Assembly: GCA_965112635.1 (NCBI GenBank)
Contig: OZ218778.1
Location: 480,001 to 544,000, forward strand
Direction: 5' to 3'
Origin: an uncultured bacterium
Lineage (GTDB): Bacteria > Oederibacteriota > Oederibacteriia > Oederibacteriales > Oederibacteriaceae
Length of the DNA stretch: 64,000 bases
Positions within the stretch are counted from its first letter, which is position 1. Every line of letters starts with the position of its first letter. The notes under the pieces were generated by a model. That model did no database searches, had not been told where the DNA came from, and saw only the letters and a list, made by a program, of their open reading frames with translations. Made by a program: the position numbers and the translations under genes. This document shows positions 38,718 to 48,746 of the stretch, one piece after another.

Positions 38718-39719
38718 CTAGGACCTGGGGGATGGCATTGGAATCTTGCGGTTCTTTTGCTTGCTCTTGTCGCCATCGAAGCGACTGTAGGCTTCGATAA
38801 TTTCTTGAACGAGCTCATGCCTCACCACGTCTTTGCTGGTCAGGTAGATGAATTGGATATCCGTGATGCTTTTTAAAATGGCTTGCACCTGGACCAATCC
38901 CGACTCTTTCCCTAGAGCCAGATCAATCTGGGTGATGTCACCCGTAATGACGGCCTTGGAATTGAACCCGAGCCTCGTCAGGAACATCTTCATCTGCTCC
39001 GGAGTGGTGTTTTGAGCCTCGTCTAGGATCACAAAAGCGTCGTTCAAGGTCCTTCCGCGCATATAGGCCAAAGGAGCGATCTCGATGGTCCCGAATTCGA
39101 TCAAATGCCGGGTTTTTTCCACGCCCATCATCTCATAAAGAGCGTCATAAAGGGGTCTCAGGTAAGGGTCCACCTTGGACTGCAGGTCCCCGGGTAAAAA
39201 ACCTAGCCTTTCACCAGCTTCGACCGCCGGACGGACCAGGATGATCCGGCTGACCTCCTTGGCGTTTAATTCTGCTACCGCCATCGCCATCGCCAGATAG
39301 GTCTTGCCGGTTCCCGCGGGACCGACCCCGAACACGATGTCATGGCCCCGGATGGCGTCCACGTATTTCTTTTGTCCTGGAGTTTTCGCCTTGATAGGGT
39401 GATGGGCGGGAGAAACATTGATGACGTCCACATGAAGCTCTTCCAAATCGTTGACTTCTTTTTGCTTGAACATTTTGATCGCGCTCTTGATTTCCTCCGG
39501 GGATAACGCCACGCCCTGCTGGATAAGGGAAACCATCTTTTGGATCAGATCGGCGACCTGACGGACGTTCTCCTTTTCCCCTTTTATTTTTAAGGTCGAC
39601 CCCTTGGGAAAAAGACCGATATTGAAGTTAGCCTCAAGGATTCTTAAATACTGATCTTCCGGCCCCAAAATGGCTAATGCCTGATGCTCATCTTTGAGCG
39701 CAACAATCCTGACCGTCAA
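38718..39719 (-). CDS. phoH: PhoH-family ATPase
   Basis: GPAGTGKT, RPAVEAGERLGFLPGD, MRGRT, DEAQN. Confidence 0.95.
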   Translation of the reverse strand: MTVRIVALKDEHQALAILGPEDQYLRILEANFNIGLFPKGSTLKIKGEKENVRQVADLIQKMVSLIQQGVALSPEEIKSAIKMFKQKEVNDLEELHVDVINVSPAHHPIKAKTPGQKKYVDAIRGHDIVFGVGPAGTGKTYLAMAMAVAELNAKEVSRIILVRPAVEAGERLGFLPGDLQSKVDPYLRPLYDALYEMMGVEKTRHLIEFGTIEIAPLAYMRGRTLNDAFVILDEAQNTTPEQMKMFLTRLGFNSKAVITGDITQIDLALGKESGLVQVQAILKSITDIQFIYLTSKDVVRHELVQEIIEAYSRFDGDKSKQKNRKIPMPSPRS

Positions 39720-39797
39720 CTCGCTCTTTTCTGTTCATTCACTGGTGGGAAAACGTGCGGACGCCTTGAATCCGTTAAATAATCATTGTGTCTTTTA

Positions 39798-40229
39798 TTA
39801 TTGCAATTCCTTGGAACGCTTGTAGATCGGCCACTCCGCGGCTTCGGCCTGTTTCCGGGCTGAAAGTTTGGATGAATCGTCATAGTTGGTCGAATAGGCT
39901 AAATTTTGCCCGGGGTAAATAATATTGGGGTCGGCGATCTGGTCGTGATTGGTCTTGTAGAGCAAAGGCCAGTACCAGGGATTCCCGTACACCACGGGTT
40001 TCTCGGAGATCCTCCACAGACAATCCCCGCGCCTGACTTTATAGTTCAGCAGCGTTGGCGTGGGCGTAACGGTTGGAGTGGGGACAAGGGTCGGCACTTC
40101 GGTCACCGTGGCGGTAGGAGCCTCTGGCTTGACCACTTTGGCCTGACAACCAATGAGAGAGATCAGAACCATGACGGATAGGAAACTGAATAGGACGGTA
40201 ACCGTTTTAAAAACCAATGATCTTTTCAT
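39798..40229 (-). CDS. LysM-domain lipoprotein
   Basis: Lipobox LIGC, PT linker, YKVRRGDCLW...IYPGQ. Confidence 0.88.
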   Translation of the reverse strand: MKRSLVFKTVTVLFSFLSVMVLISLIGCQAKVVKPEAPTATVTEVPTLVPTPTVTPTPTLLNYKVRRGDCLWRISEKPVVYGNPWYWPLLYKTNHDQIADPNIIYPGQNLAYSTNYDDSSKLSARKQAEAAEWPIYKRSKELQ

Positions 40230-40336
40230 CGAACCTCCCCAACCTAAGATTTTCTAAAAGTAAATTTAGCATTACACCCAAGGAGTGTCAACATGGAATG
40301 AAAATAGGAAAGCGAAGCCGATAGCGTTTTTTAGCC

Positions 40337-42121
40337 TTATTCTACTACCTTGATATGCAGTTCCTTTAGTTGCTTCTCGGACACCTGGGAAGGAGCGCCC
40401 GTTAAAGGACAGGTGGCTTTTTGGGTCTTGGGGAAAGCGATCACTTCCCGGATATTTTTCTCGCCCAGCATGATCATAATGAGCCGGTCAACGCCAAAAG
40501 CCACTCCACCGTGCGGCGGAGCACCGAACTCAAAAGCTTCCAGTAAAAAACCAAAGCGTTCCCTGGCCTGCTCCCGGGTCAGGCCGATAGCCTCAAAGAC
40601 CTGTTCCTGGACCTTGGGGTCATGGATACGGATACTGCCCCCGCCCAGCTCAAAACCGTTCAAAACCAGATCATAGGCCCTGGCTTTGACTTTCCCAGGG
40701 TCGGTATTCAACAGGGGCAGGTCCTCGAACTTGGGAGAAGTGAACGGATGATGCACGGCGTCCCATTTTTTATCCTCCCCGTTCCATTGAAACATGGGAA
40801 AATCCGCTATCCAGACAAAATTGAGAAGCCCCTCCTTGATCAATCCCAATTTTTCACCCAGATACATCCGTATCCGGTTCAGGGCTTCTGCCACAACATC
40901 AGGCTGGTCCGCCACAAAAACGATCAGGTCCCCGGTCTTGGCCTCGGTCTTCTCCACGATCTTTTGGATGGCCTCGTTGCCCAAATACTTGGCGATGGGA
41001 GATTCTGGCCCCTCTGGTTTTACTTTTATCGAAGCCAGCCCTTTGGCCCCGAACTCCACCGCAATATCTTTGAGCTGGTCCACTTGGCCCGGCGTAAAGC
41101 CCGCCCCTCCTGGGATAGTGATGGCTTTGACTTGCCCCCCTTTTTGCACCGCATCTTTAAAGACTTTGAATTCCGTGACCGCGACGATCTCAGAAACGTC
41201 CTTGAGCTCCAGTCCAAACCGGGTGTCGGGTTTGTCGCTGCCAAAACGGCCCATGGCTTCGCTGTAACATAGCCGGGGAAAGGGTATCGGGATATCCAGA
41301 CCAAGGGTCTTTTTGAAAATATGCTTCATCATCCTCTCCGATACCGCGATGATGTCGTCCTCGGAAATAAAGGACATCTCCATATCAATCTGGGTGAATT
41401 CCGGCTGGCGGTCGGCCCGCAGATCCTCGTCGCGAAGGCACCGGGCGATCTGGAAATACTTATCCATTCCAGACACCATAAGGATCTGCTTCAAGGTTTG
41501 GGGGGATTGCGGCAGGACAAAAAATTCTCCCGGGTTCAAACGGCTCGGCACGATATAATCCCGGGCACCCTCCGGCGTGCTTTTCATGAGCAGGGGGGTC
41601 TCCACTTCCACGAAACCATCCTGGTCCAGGAACTCCCTGACCGCCAATAAAACCTGATGCCTGCGGATCAGGTTCCTTTGCATCCGGGGCCGGCGCAGAT
41701 CCAGGTAACGGTACTTCAGACGGGTTTCTTCGGACACTTCGCTGCCCACCGTGTCTTCAATGACAAATGGCGGGGTCTTGGCTTCGTTGATGATATCCAG
41801 ACCGGTGGCCTGGACTTCTATCTCGCCCGTGGCCAACCCGGCATTGGCGGTTCCTTTGGGCCTGACCTGCACTTTACCCTGGACCGAAATGACGAATTCA
41901 GACCTTAATTTCTGCGCTTTTTCATGGGTTTCCTTGGCGGTCTCGGGATTAAAAACGACTTGAGTAAGGCCGTAACGGTCCCTGATATCGATAAAAATAA
42001 GTCCGCCATGGTCCCTTCTCCGGTAGACCCACCCGGTCAGGACTATCTCCTGGCCCTGATGGCTGGACCTCAACTCACCGCAGGTATGCGTCCTTTTATG
42101 CCACTTCGGTTTGTCTGCCAA
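40337..42121 (-). CDS. aspS: Aspartate--tRNA ligase
   Basis: RRRDHGG, PQSPQ, DRQPEFTQID, GAPPHGG. Confidence 0.97.
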   Translation of the reverse strand: MADKPKWHKRTHTCGELRSSHQGQEIVLTGWVYRRRDHGGLIFIDIRDRYGLTQVVFNPETAKETHEKAQKLRSEFVISVQGKVQVRPKGTANAGLATGEIEVQATGLDIINEAKTPPFVIEDTVGSEVSEETRLKYRYLDLRRPRMQRNLIRRHQVLLAVREFLDQDGFVEVETPLLMKSTPEGARDYIVPSRLNPGEFFVLPQSPQTLKQILMVSGMDKYFQIARCLRDEDLRADRQPEFTQIDMEMSFISEDDIIAVSERMMKHIFKKTLGLDIPIPFPRLCYSEAMGRFGSDKPDTRFGLELKDVSEIVAVTEFKVFKDAVQKGGQVKAITIPGGAGFTPGQVDQLKDIAVEFGAKGLASIKVKPEGPESPIAKYLGNEAIQKIVEKTEAKTGDLIVFVADQPDVVAEALNRIRMYLGEKLGLIKEGLLNFVWIADFPMFQWNGEDKKWDAVHHPFTSPKFEDLPLLNTDPGKVKARAYDLVLNGFELGGGSIRIHDPKVQEQVFEAIGLTREQARERFGFLLEAFEFGAPPHGGVAFGVDRLIMIMLGEKNIREVIAFPKTQKATCPLTGAPSQVSEKQLKELHIKVVE

Positions 42122-42289
42122 TCTATTACCTCCTCAAACCTAAAACAATCTTTCGGTCTATGGCGGCCTTGTCCTTTTATGGGAACAGGCAAAGTTCCAA
42201 AAAAAAAATCTTAATGAGAAACTGATTTTAGCGGATTTACACAGCCAATGAAACAGATTTTTTAGGAGGCACCTAAAATCCCAGAAAAG

Positions 42290-43246
42290 TCATTCCCCTG
42301 CCTCCAGATATTTTACCTGCTCCGGCGTCAAGACTACCTCACTGGCCTTGAGGCTATCCTGGAGTTGGGCCAAGCTATGGCAGCCGATGATCGGACAGGT
42401 TGCGAACGGCTGGGACAACAGGTAGCCCAGTACGACCTGCGTGATGGATGATCCGCTTTGCTCTGCCAATTTTTGGACCCTCTGGGACCGGCCTTCATTG
42501 GCTTGGTTGGAATATTTGCTGAGCCCCTGGGTCGAGATACCTGCTGCCATTTTCTGGAACCAACCGTTGGCCTGGGATGAATAAGGGATGGCCGCAAAAC
42601 CATTTTCCCGGTGATAGCGCTGCATAGCTTCATCCATCACGACCAGGGTCGGATCAGAGTTTCCGCCTGGATTGACCTTGGCCAAACTCCACATCGGCTG
42701 GTTAGCCACAAAACCGGGGCAGGCCGTTTTCTTGGCATAAACCTGGCTGGCCCTGATCCGCTCCAGGGTCCAGTTGGAACAGCCAAAATATCTTATCTTG
42801 CCGGCCCTGACCAATCCGCCCATGGTCCCGAGTATTTCCTCTACAGGCCGGCGGGTATCGTCGCGGTGCAGCCAGTAAAGGTCAATGCGGTCAACCCCGA
42901 GATGGAGCAGGCTGGCTTCTACATCGGATCGGATCTCTTGGCTGGACAATCGCGGAACATTCATGGCCTCCAGGTCCGGATGGGCCCCCTTGGTCCCCAC
43001 GACCACAGGACCGTGGCTTTTCCGCTCACGCAGCCACCGGCCGATGGTCTTTTCGCTCAAGCTCTTCTCGCCCGGTAACCAGTCCGCATAAATTTTGGCA
43101 GTGTCCAAAAAATTGCCGCCCTGGTCAACAAAAGCATCGAGCAATTTAAAAGAGGCCCTGAGGTCAAGGGTGCTGCCCAGCGAAAGTGTGCCCAGGCACA
43201 GGGAGGATACAGTAAGGTCGGTTCCAGGTAATACGAGTTTTCTCAT
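42290..43246 (-). CDS. Aldo/keto reductase
   Basis: LDTAKIY, IDLYWLHRDD, GKIRYFGCSN. Confidence 0.92.
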   Translation of the reverse strand: MRKLVLPGTDLTVSSLCLGTLSLGSTLDLRASFKLLDAFVDQGGNFLDTAKIYADWLPGEKSLSEKTIGRWLRERKSHGPVVVGTKGAHPDLEAMNVPRLSSQEIRSDVEASLLHLGVDRIDLYWLHRDDTRRPVEEILGTMGGLVRAGKIRYFGCSNWTLERIRASQVYAKKTACPGFVANQPMWSLAKVNPGGNSDPTLVVMDEAMQRYHRENGFAAIPYSSQANGWFQKMAAGISTQGLSKYSNQANEGRSQRVQKLAEQSGSSITQVVLGYLLSQPFATCPIIGCHSLAQLQDSLKASEVVLTPEQVKYLEAGE

Positions 43247-43340
43247 GACATTAAGCCCCGTTAACTCTTCCGGCCTGCAAAAGCAGGTTCTCTTTAGGGT
43301 TGGTCATTTTGGGGTTTCCTTTCTGGCTGACCAGAAAAGA

Positions 43341-44567
43341 TCAGGACTGTTTTTTGAGTTCTTTGATTTCCAGGGGACCGCTCGGGGACTGGAATACGGT
43401 AAAACCGTGGAACCCCTGGCCCAAAAGTTCGTCCAGCTGCTGACGGGTATTTTTGCGCTTGGCCATCGCGCAGACATTATGTCCTTGGGCCCTCAGCTCT
43501 TGGCTGGCCTTCAGGACCTCTTCAAAATTTTGCTGGGGGTCATAGAGCAGGGCTATCTTTTGGGTGGCCTGGAGGGAAGCGGCTTTTTTCTCCGCCAGGA
43601 TGGCGATGATGCGCTCAAACCCGATGGAAAATCCACAGGCCGGCACTTCCTGTCCCAGGATATTCCCTATCATTTTGTCGTAACGCCCTCCACCCGCGAT
43701 GGAATTCCCTCTGGCGTCCTGGTCTTTGATCTCGAAGATAAGGCCGGTGTAATACCCCATACCTCTCACCAGGGACGGGTCGAACACGACTTGGTATTGT
43801 CCCTTGTTCTGCTTCTTGACCGCGTCGACGACCTTTTGGATGGCTGGGTTGGCCGGGGATTTTTCTAAAAAGGTAAGGAGGCCCTGCACCTGCTCAGGGG
43901 ACAGTCCCAAGCTCGCAAGCTCGGTTTTAACGCCCTCTGGACCTATCTTTTCCAGTTTGTCCGCGATGATATAAACGCTGCCGGCGGATTTCGGTTCGAC
44001 CCCGAACTTTTTAAGAAGTTCATTGATAAGGTTGCGGTCGCTCAAATGCACCGCAAAACCCTTAAACCCGAGGTTGAGCAGCGCCTCGCTGGTGGCCAGA
44101 ACCAGCTCTATCTCCGCGTTTATGCTCGGCTCCCCGATGATATCGATGTCGCACTGGGTGAATTGGCGGAACCGCCCTTTTTGGGGCCTTTCCGCGCGCC
44201 ACACCGGGCCCATCTGGATGGCTTTGAACGGCTTGGCCAAATGGCTTTGGTTGTTGGCGTAATAACGGGCCAGGGGCACGGTCAAGTCGAAGCGGAGCCC
44301 CATGTCGACCAGGTCCGTTTCCGTGAGCTCTTTGGCCCCGAGCTCCAGTTTTTCCCCGCGTTTCAAGATCTTGAAAATGAGCTTTTCATTTTCCCCGGCT
44401 TGGCTGTTCAGGAGCACTTCCAGGTTTTCCACGGCCGGCGTTTCGATGTGGCTGAACCCCCACTGGGTGAAGGTCCGCAGGATGACGGACAGGGCGTGGT
44501 CCCTGAGTTCCATCTCCTGGGGCAGGATGTCCCTCGTGCCCCGCGCTGGAAGCGGTTCGATTTTCAT
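43341..44567 (-). CDS. hisS: Histidine--tRNA ligase
   Basis: RFDLTVP, RAERPQKGRFRQF, LVRGMGYYTG, GGGRYD. Confidence 0.95.
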   Translation of the reverse strand: MKIEPLPARGTRDILPQEMELRDHALSVILRTFTQWGFSHIETPAVENLEVLLNSQAGENEKLIFKILKRGEKLELGAKELTETDLVDMGLRFDLTVPLARYYANNQSHLAKPFKAIQMGPVWRAERPQKGRFRQFTQCDIDIIGEPSINAEIELVLATSEALLNLGFKGFAVHLSDRNLINELLKKFGVEPKSAGSVYIIADKLEKIGPEGVKTELASLGLSPEQVQGLLTFLEKSPANPAIQKVVDAVKKQNKGQYQVVFDPSLVRGMGYYTGLIFEIKDQDARGNSIAGGGRYDKMIGNILGQEVPACGFSIGFERIIAILAEKKAASLQATQKIALLYDPQQNFEEVLKASQELRAQGHNVCAMAKRKNTRQQLDELLGQGFHGFTVFQSPSGPLEIKELKKQS

Positions 44568-44591
44568 CCTAGGTCCTCCAATTTAAAAATA

Positions 44592-46871
44592 TTAGAATGC
44601 TTTCAGCAGTTCTTCTTTGCCGTTATGGATGGTCAGGAAAAGCACGGACCGTTTGGCCTCGCGTTCAGGGGTAAAAGCGGTCGTCCCGCAGATCCCTTTG
44701 AAATCCTGTTTTTTCTCCATGGCCAGCCTGACATCCTCACGCCCGGCCCCACCCAGTGATTCTAGCAGTATTTGCATCGCTTCATAGCCTTGGGCCGCCA
44801 TCCAGTCCGGCTGTTCGCCGTATTGCTTCTGAAAACTGGTCACAAAATTACGCGCGCTGGGGTCGGGGTTATCCAGATAAAAAGATACCGGATAAACGGC
44901 CCCTTCCACGCTTTCTTGCCCATGTAGGATGACCTGTTCGGAGTGCCACGACTCCGTCCCCAAAAGGGTTGCTTTGAGCTCATAAAACACCAGCTGGGGC
45001 GCAATGAGCACGATGTCCTTGGCCGAAACAGGAAGATAAATGGCCTCGATCTTCTTCGGATTGGCGATAAGGGGCATGTGCTTGCGCAACCCCTCGGAAT
45101 CCACGTAAATCCTTTCTTCATTATTCTGCAGGGACGGGACCTCGCTCAAGGGGGTCAAAGTGACGTTCTGGTCCGCCACTGCCGTGGGGGTCACACCGGG
45201 GCCGGGAGCCCCTCCCGCGGCCCATTTTTCCACTTCAAAATTAATGTCGAACTTGAAGTATTCCGTGTCGGCGGAGGTCGTGGCCCTCTGGGCGACGGCG
45301 CCCTTGATGATGTAGTCCGGCGGGCCCTGTTCAATGATCTTGGTCTTTTCCAGGACCACAAAATGGTTGTCCTTCTCCAGCGCCGTCCTGAGCTTGTCCC
45401 CGATGGTCTTGCCGTAATGGCTCTTGATTGCCTCGTCCCCTGTTTCCTGGATCTCCATCAGGGCCAGCTTGGGGGTTTGGGTGACGGCCAGGGGCAAAGC
45501 GGTCTCGCTCAAGCCCATGGCAGCGCTGGCCGTGGGAGTGACCCAGACATAGGCCGGGAGGAAACTGAACAGCCCTTCCGCAATCTTATCCACCTTGGCC
45601 TTGAGGTCGTTCTTCTCTTCTTCCTGGGCATCCTTGAGGATGCGCGGGTCGGCCCCGCCTAGGGCCAGGAGCTGTGTTTTGAAATCGGTCTGGTTGAGCT
45701 CGTAGTATTGGCTGTCCACCATTTCCCCTCCCAGCTCTTGCACCCTGCTGGAAAAAGCCTTGAAGAGGTTGACCCCGTAGGGCGAGTTGGGATAAAGGAT
45801 GGCGAACCGTTTTAATTTTTTCTCGTTGACGGCGAATTCGGCGGTGGCTCTGGCCTGCCTTTCCGGGATCAGGGCATTGCGGAAGATATAGGGCCCCGTG
45901 GCGGTCAGGCCTTCCTGGGCCGCGCTGGGAGTGATCAAAGGCACTTTGTTGTCGTTGGCCACAGGAGCTACGGCCTGCAGGGTATTGCTCAAAAGGGGCC
46001 CGATGAGGGCTACGACCTTTTCCTGCTGGATGAGGTCCAAAGCCTGTTTGGGCGCTTCCTGCGGGTCTTCCTGGCTGTCGCGGCTGACCAAAAGGACCTG
46101 GTTTGGGGCGGGCAGCTTTTCATTGTAATCTTGCAGGGCCATTTCCACGCCCTTTTTGACCTTCTCGCCATAACCTGTGTATTGACCGCTCAAGGGGAGT
46201 AAAAATCCTATTTTATTCTGGATCACCGTGACTTTACCCTGGGTCTCGTCCAAAACTTTTTGCACCTCGCTGGTGAACTCGGAAGTAGGCCACTGGACAA
46301 AGAACCGGTGGGCTAAATTGCTAGCCTGGTCAAAGTTCTTTTCCTGGTCAGCCAGTTGAATAAGCCGGTAGGTGCAGTCTTCAGCCAAAGATCCCCCGCC
46401 GTCTTCCTGGGCCAGGACGGCGCTCAACTCCTCTTTTTTCAGGTCATTCAGGACGATCTGCCTGGCCCTGGCGTCGGCCAAAGGCGACAGCTCGCCTATT
46501 TTGATTTCCGCGGCTTTCTGGTAGGCTCGCGCGGCGTTGAGGTTGTCGGTCTGGCTGTCATAGGTCTGTCCCATCACAAAATAGGCGTTGGACCGCCACG
46601 GGCTGGAGGTATATTGACCTGGCACCTTTTGAAGTTCCTTGAGGGCCATGTCATATTTCCCTGCTTCGTAATAGATGTGCCCCAGCCGGAACTGGGCCCG
46701 GGCCGCTTCTTCGCTGCCGGGGTTGGTGTTGACGATCTCCTGTTCCCTGGATAGGGCCTGCTCCTGTTCTTTTTTCAGGCCGGTCCCCAGCCCTCCGCAA
46801 CCCTGCCACAGGACCAGGGCAATAACACCCGCAAAGAGCAGGTAAAATTGGCGACTTTTAAATCTGATAAT
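44592..46871 (-). CDS. LpoA-like lipoprotein (TPR plus periplasmic-binding-protein fold); probable ATT start
   Basis: The open frame extends 74 codons above ATG 46649 and encodes a signal peptide ending WQGC; IGFLLPLSG, IGPLLS. Confidence 0.8.
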   Translation of the reverse strand: MIRFKSRQFYLLFAGVIALVLWQGCGGLGTGLKKEQEQALSREQEIVNTNPGSEEAARAQFRLGHIYYEAGKYDMALKELQKVPGQYTSSPWRSNAYFVMGQTYDSQTDNLNAARAYQKAAEIKIGELSPLADARARQIVLNDLKKEELSAVLAQEDGGGSLAEDCTYRLIQLADQEKNFDQASNLAHRFFVQWPTSEFTSEVQKVLDETQGKVTVIQNKIGFLLPLSGQYTGYGEKVKKGVEMALQDYNEKLPAPNQVLLVSRDSQEDPQEAPKQALDLIQQEKVVALIGPLLSNTLQAVAPVANDNKVPLITPSAAQEGLTATGPYIFRNALIPERQARATAEFAVNEKKLKRFAILYPNSPYGVNLFKAFSSRVQELGGEMVDSQYYELNQTDFKTQLLALGGADPRILKDAQEEEKNDLKAKVDKIAEGLFSFLPAYVWVTPTASAAMGLSETALPLAVTQTPKLALMEIQETGDEAIKSHYGKTIGDKLRTALEKDNHFVVLEKTKIIEQGPPDYIIKGAVAQRATTSADTEYFKFDINFEVEKWAAGGAPGPGVTPTAVADQNVTLTPLSEVPSLQNNEERIYVDSEGLRKHMPLIANPKKIEAIYLPVSAKDIVLIAPQLVFYELKATLLGTESWHSEQVILHGQESVEGAVYPVSFYLDNPDPSARNFVTSFQKQYGEQPDWMAAQGYEAMQILLESLGGAGREDVRLAMEKKQDFKGICGTTAFTPEREAKRSVLFLTIHNGKEELLKAF

Positions 46872-46885
46872 GGTGTTCCTCTTTC

Positions 46886-47989
46886 TTAACTTTTCAGTTG
46901 GGTCTTGAGCCCTGCGGCCAAAGGCGCCGGCCGAACGCAGGTACTTTTGAGTTTCACATACTTATCTTGCCGCGAGGCGTCATGGAACGCGTGCATGATG
47001 TCCAGCACATGATAAGCCAAAGCACCACTGGCCCGGTGGGCCCTGCCGGATACAAGGGCGTAGGCCATATCTGCCACGCCCAACCCCCGGCTGTTCTGGC
47101 TGTAACTGTGGGTCAAAGGTATTTCTCTCCAATCTTTCCCAGGCTGGTTCAGCCTGACCGTCCCGCCGAAACCATTGGGGTCAGGCACGCTCAAAGACCC
47201 CTTGGAACCATAAATTTCAATACAGGGCAGATTGGCGCCCCAGATGTCAAAACTGGTAATGATGGTAGCCACCGCGCCATTGGCAAAATCCATGACCCCG
47301 GCAATATGCGTCGGTGTCTGCACTTTGATCTTCTTGCCGTATTTGGGTTTGCTCGTGATCAGGCGTTCCTTGAAACTGATCTTGGCCGAGCCTGACACTC
47401 TCTTGACCGGTCCCAGCATGCTGACCAGTGCTGTAAGGTAATAGGGCCCCATGTCGAACATCGGCCCGCCTCCCAACTCGTAGTAGAACTCCGGGCTGGG
47501 ATGCCAGCTTTCATGGCCGTGGCACATCATAAAAGCCGTGGCCGCGACCGGGGTCCCAATTGCACCGTCATCGATCAGCTTGCGGCAGGTCTGCAATCCT
47601 CCGCCCAGAAAAGTATCCGGCGCGCATCCCACCAAAACTCCTTTGGATTTGGCCAATTGCAGCAGCTTTTGCCCGTCTTCCCTCCTGATGGTCAGGGGTT
47701 TTTCGTTGTAAACACTCTTTCCGGCTTTGACGCTGGCCAGGGCTATGTCCGCGTGGGCTTTGGGAATAGTAAGGTTCACGATAATACCGATTTCCGGGTC
47801 TGCCAAAAGTTCCTTGACCGTGCAGGCTTTGGGGAGCTGGTACTGCTCTGCCTTGACTTTGGCCCGTTCCAGCAACAGGTCTGAGCTGGCCGCCACCTCC
47901 AGGATGGGATGGGTTTTCATGTTCTTGAAATATATATCGCTGATATTGCCGCAACCAATGACCCCGACTTTAATTTTTTTCCCTTTCAT
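46886..47989 (-). CDS. Gfo/Idh/MocA-family oxidoreductase
   Basis: [23 protein letters not shown]. Confidence 0.92.
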   Translation of the reverse strand: MKGKKIKVGVIGCGNISDIYFKNMKTHPILEVAASSDLLLERAKVKAEQYQLPKACTVKELLADPEIGIIVNLTIPKAHADIALASVKAGKSVYNEKPLTIRREDGQKLLQLAKSKGVLVGCAPDTFLGGGLQTCRKLIDDGAIGTPVAATAFMMCHGHESWHPSPEFYYELGGGPMFDMGPYYLTALVSMLGPVKRVSGSAKISFKERLITSKPKYGKKIKVQTPTHIAGVMDFANGAVATIITSFDIWGANLPCIEIYGSKGSLSVPDPNGFGGTVRLNQPGKDWREIPLTHSYSQNSRGLGVADMAYALVSGRAHRASGALAYHVLDIMHAFHDASRQDKYVKLKSTCVRPAPLAAGLKTQLKS

Positions 47990-48008
47990 TTATTCCTCCT
48001 CTTTTTTT

Positions 48009-48653
48009 CTATCTGGAAGCCCAGAGCATGCCGCGCTCCAGGATCAGTCTGGCTTCAGGAACGTCAAAATCCCTGCGCACATGGCCCAGGGAGCTGTAAA
48101 ACACCCGGGTTTTGAAATATTTCCTTTTCCAGACCACCGGCATGATACAGCCTTTGATCTGGGGAAAAAAAGCATCGCTAAAGGTTGTAGTGGCCAGCAC
48201 TTCATTGCTGGGGTCCACATGCATATAATACTGTTCGCTTTTCATTTTGAATTCTTTGATCCCCTGCATGATGGGGTCCTGGGGTTTGGCCACCTGGACC
48301 GTATAGTCGATGACGCCTCCGGGGTGCGCCACCCACTGCCCGCCGATCATGAACTGGTAATCCACGTTGTTCCTGAAAGAATCCCCGGTTCCTCCGTGCC
48401 AGCCCGCGAGCCCGGTCCCGTTCTTGACCGCCTCCAAAAGCCCCTGTTCCTGCTCCCGGGTGATCTCGCCCATGGTCCAGCAGGGCACGATCAGGTCATA
48501 GGATTTCATCTTATCTTTATCCAAATAGGCATCCAAAGTGTCAGAAACCGTGACTTGATATCCCTGTCCCTGCAGGTACGGAGCGAAAAGATCCACGCAC
48601 TGCTTAGGTTCATGCCCATCCCATCCTCCCCAAACCATCAAAGCTGATTTCAT
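48009..48653 (-). CDS. ThuA-like (glutamine amidotransferase-like fold) protein
   Basis: [25 protein letters not shown]. Confidence 0.88.
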   Translation of the reverse strand: MKSALMVWGGWDGHEPKQCVDLFAPYLQGQGYQVTVSDTLDAYLDKDKMKSYDLIVPCWTMGEITREQEQGLLEAVKNGTGLAGWHGGTGDSFRNNVDYQFMIGGQWVAHPGGVIDYTVQVAKPQDPIMQGIKEFKMKSEQYYMHVDPSNEVLATTTFSDAFFPQIKGCIMPVVWKRKYFKTRVFYSSLGHVRRDFDVPEARLILERGMLWASR

Positions 48654-48746
48654 AAAACCCCCTGTCTTTAATTTTTTTTAAAAATGCGTTTCCTCTCAGG
48701 GGGTTTTATGTCCGACAGCATGTTGGACAGTCCCCCCTGTATTTCT
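48651..48746 (-). promoter_or_regulatory. Candidate RBS-sequestering RNA switch
   Basis: Perfect 14-bp inverted repeat CATAAAACCCCCTG / CAGGGGGTTTTATG covering the RBS and ATG, plus a competing upstream hairpin. Confidence 0.5.
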
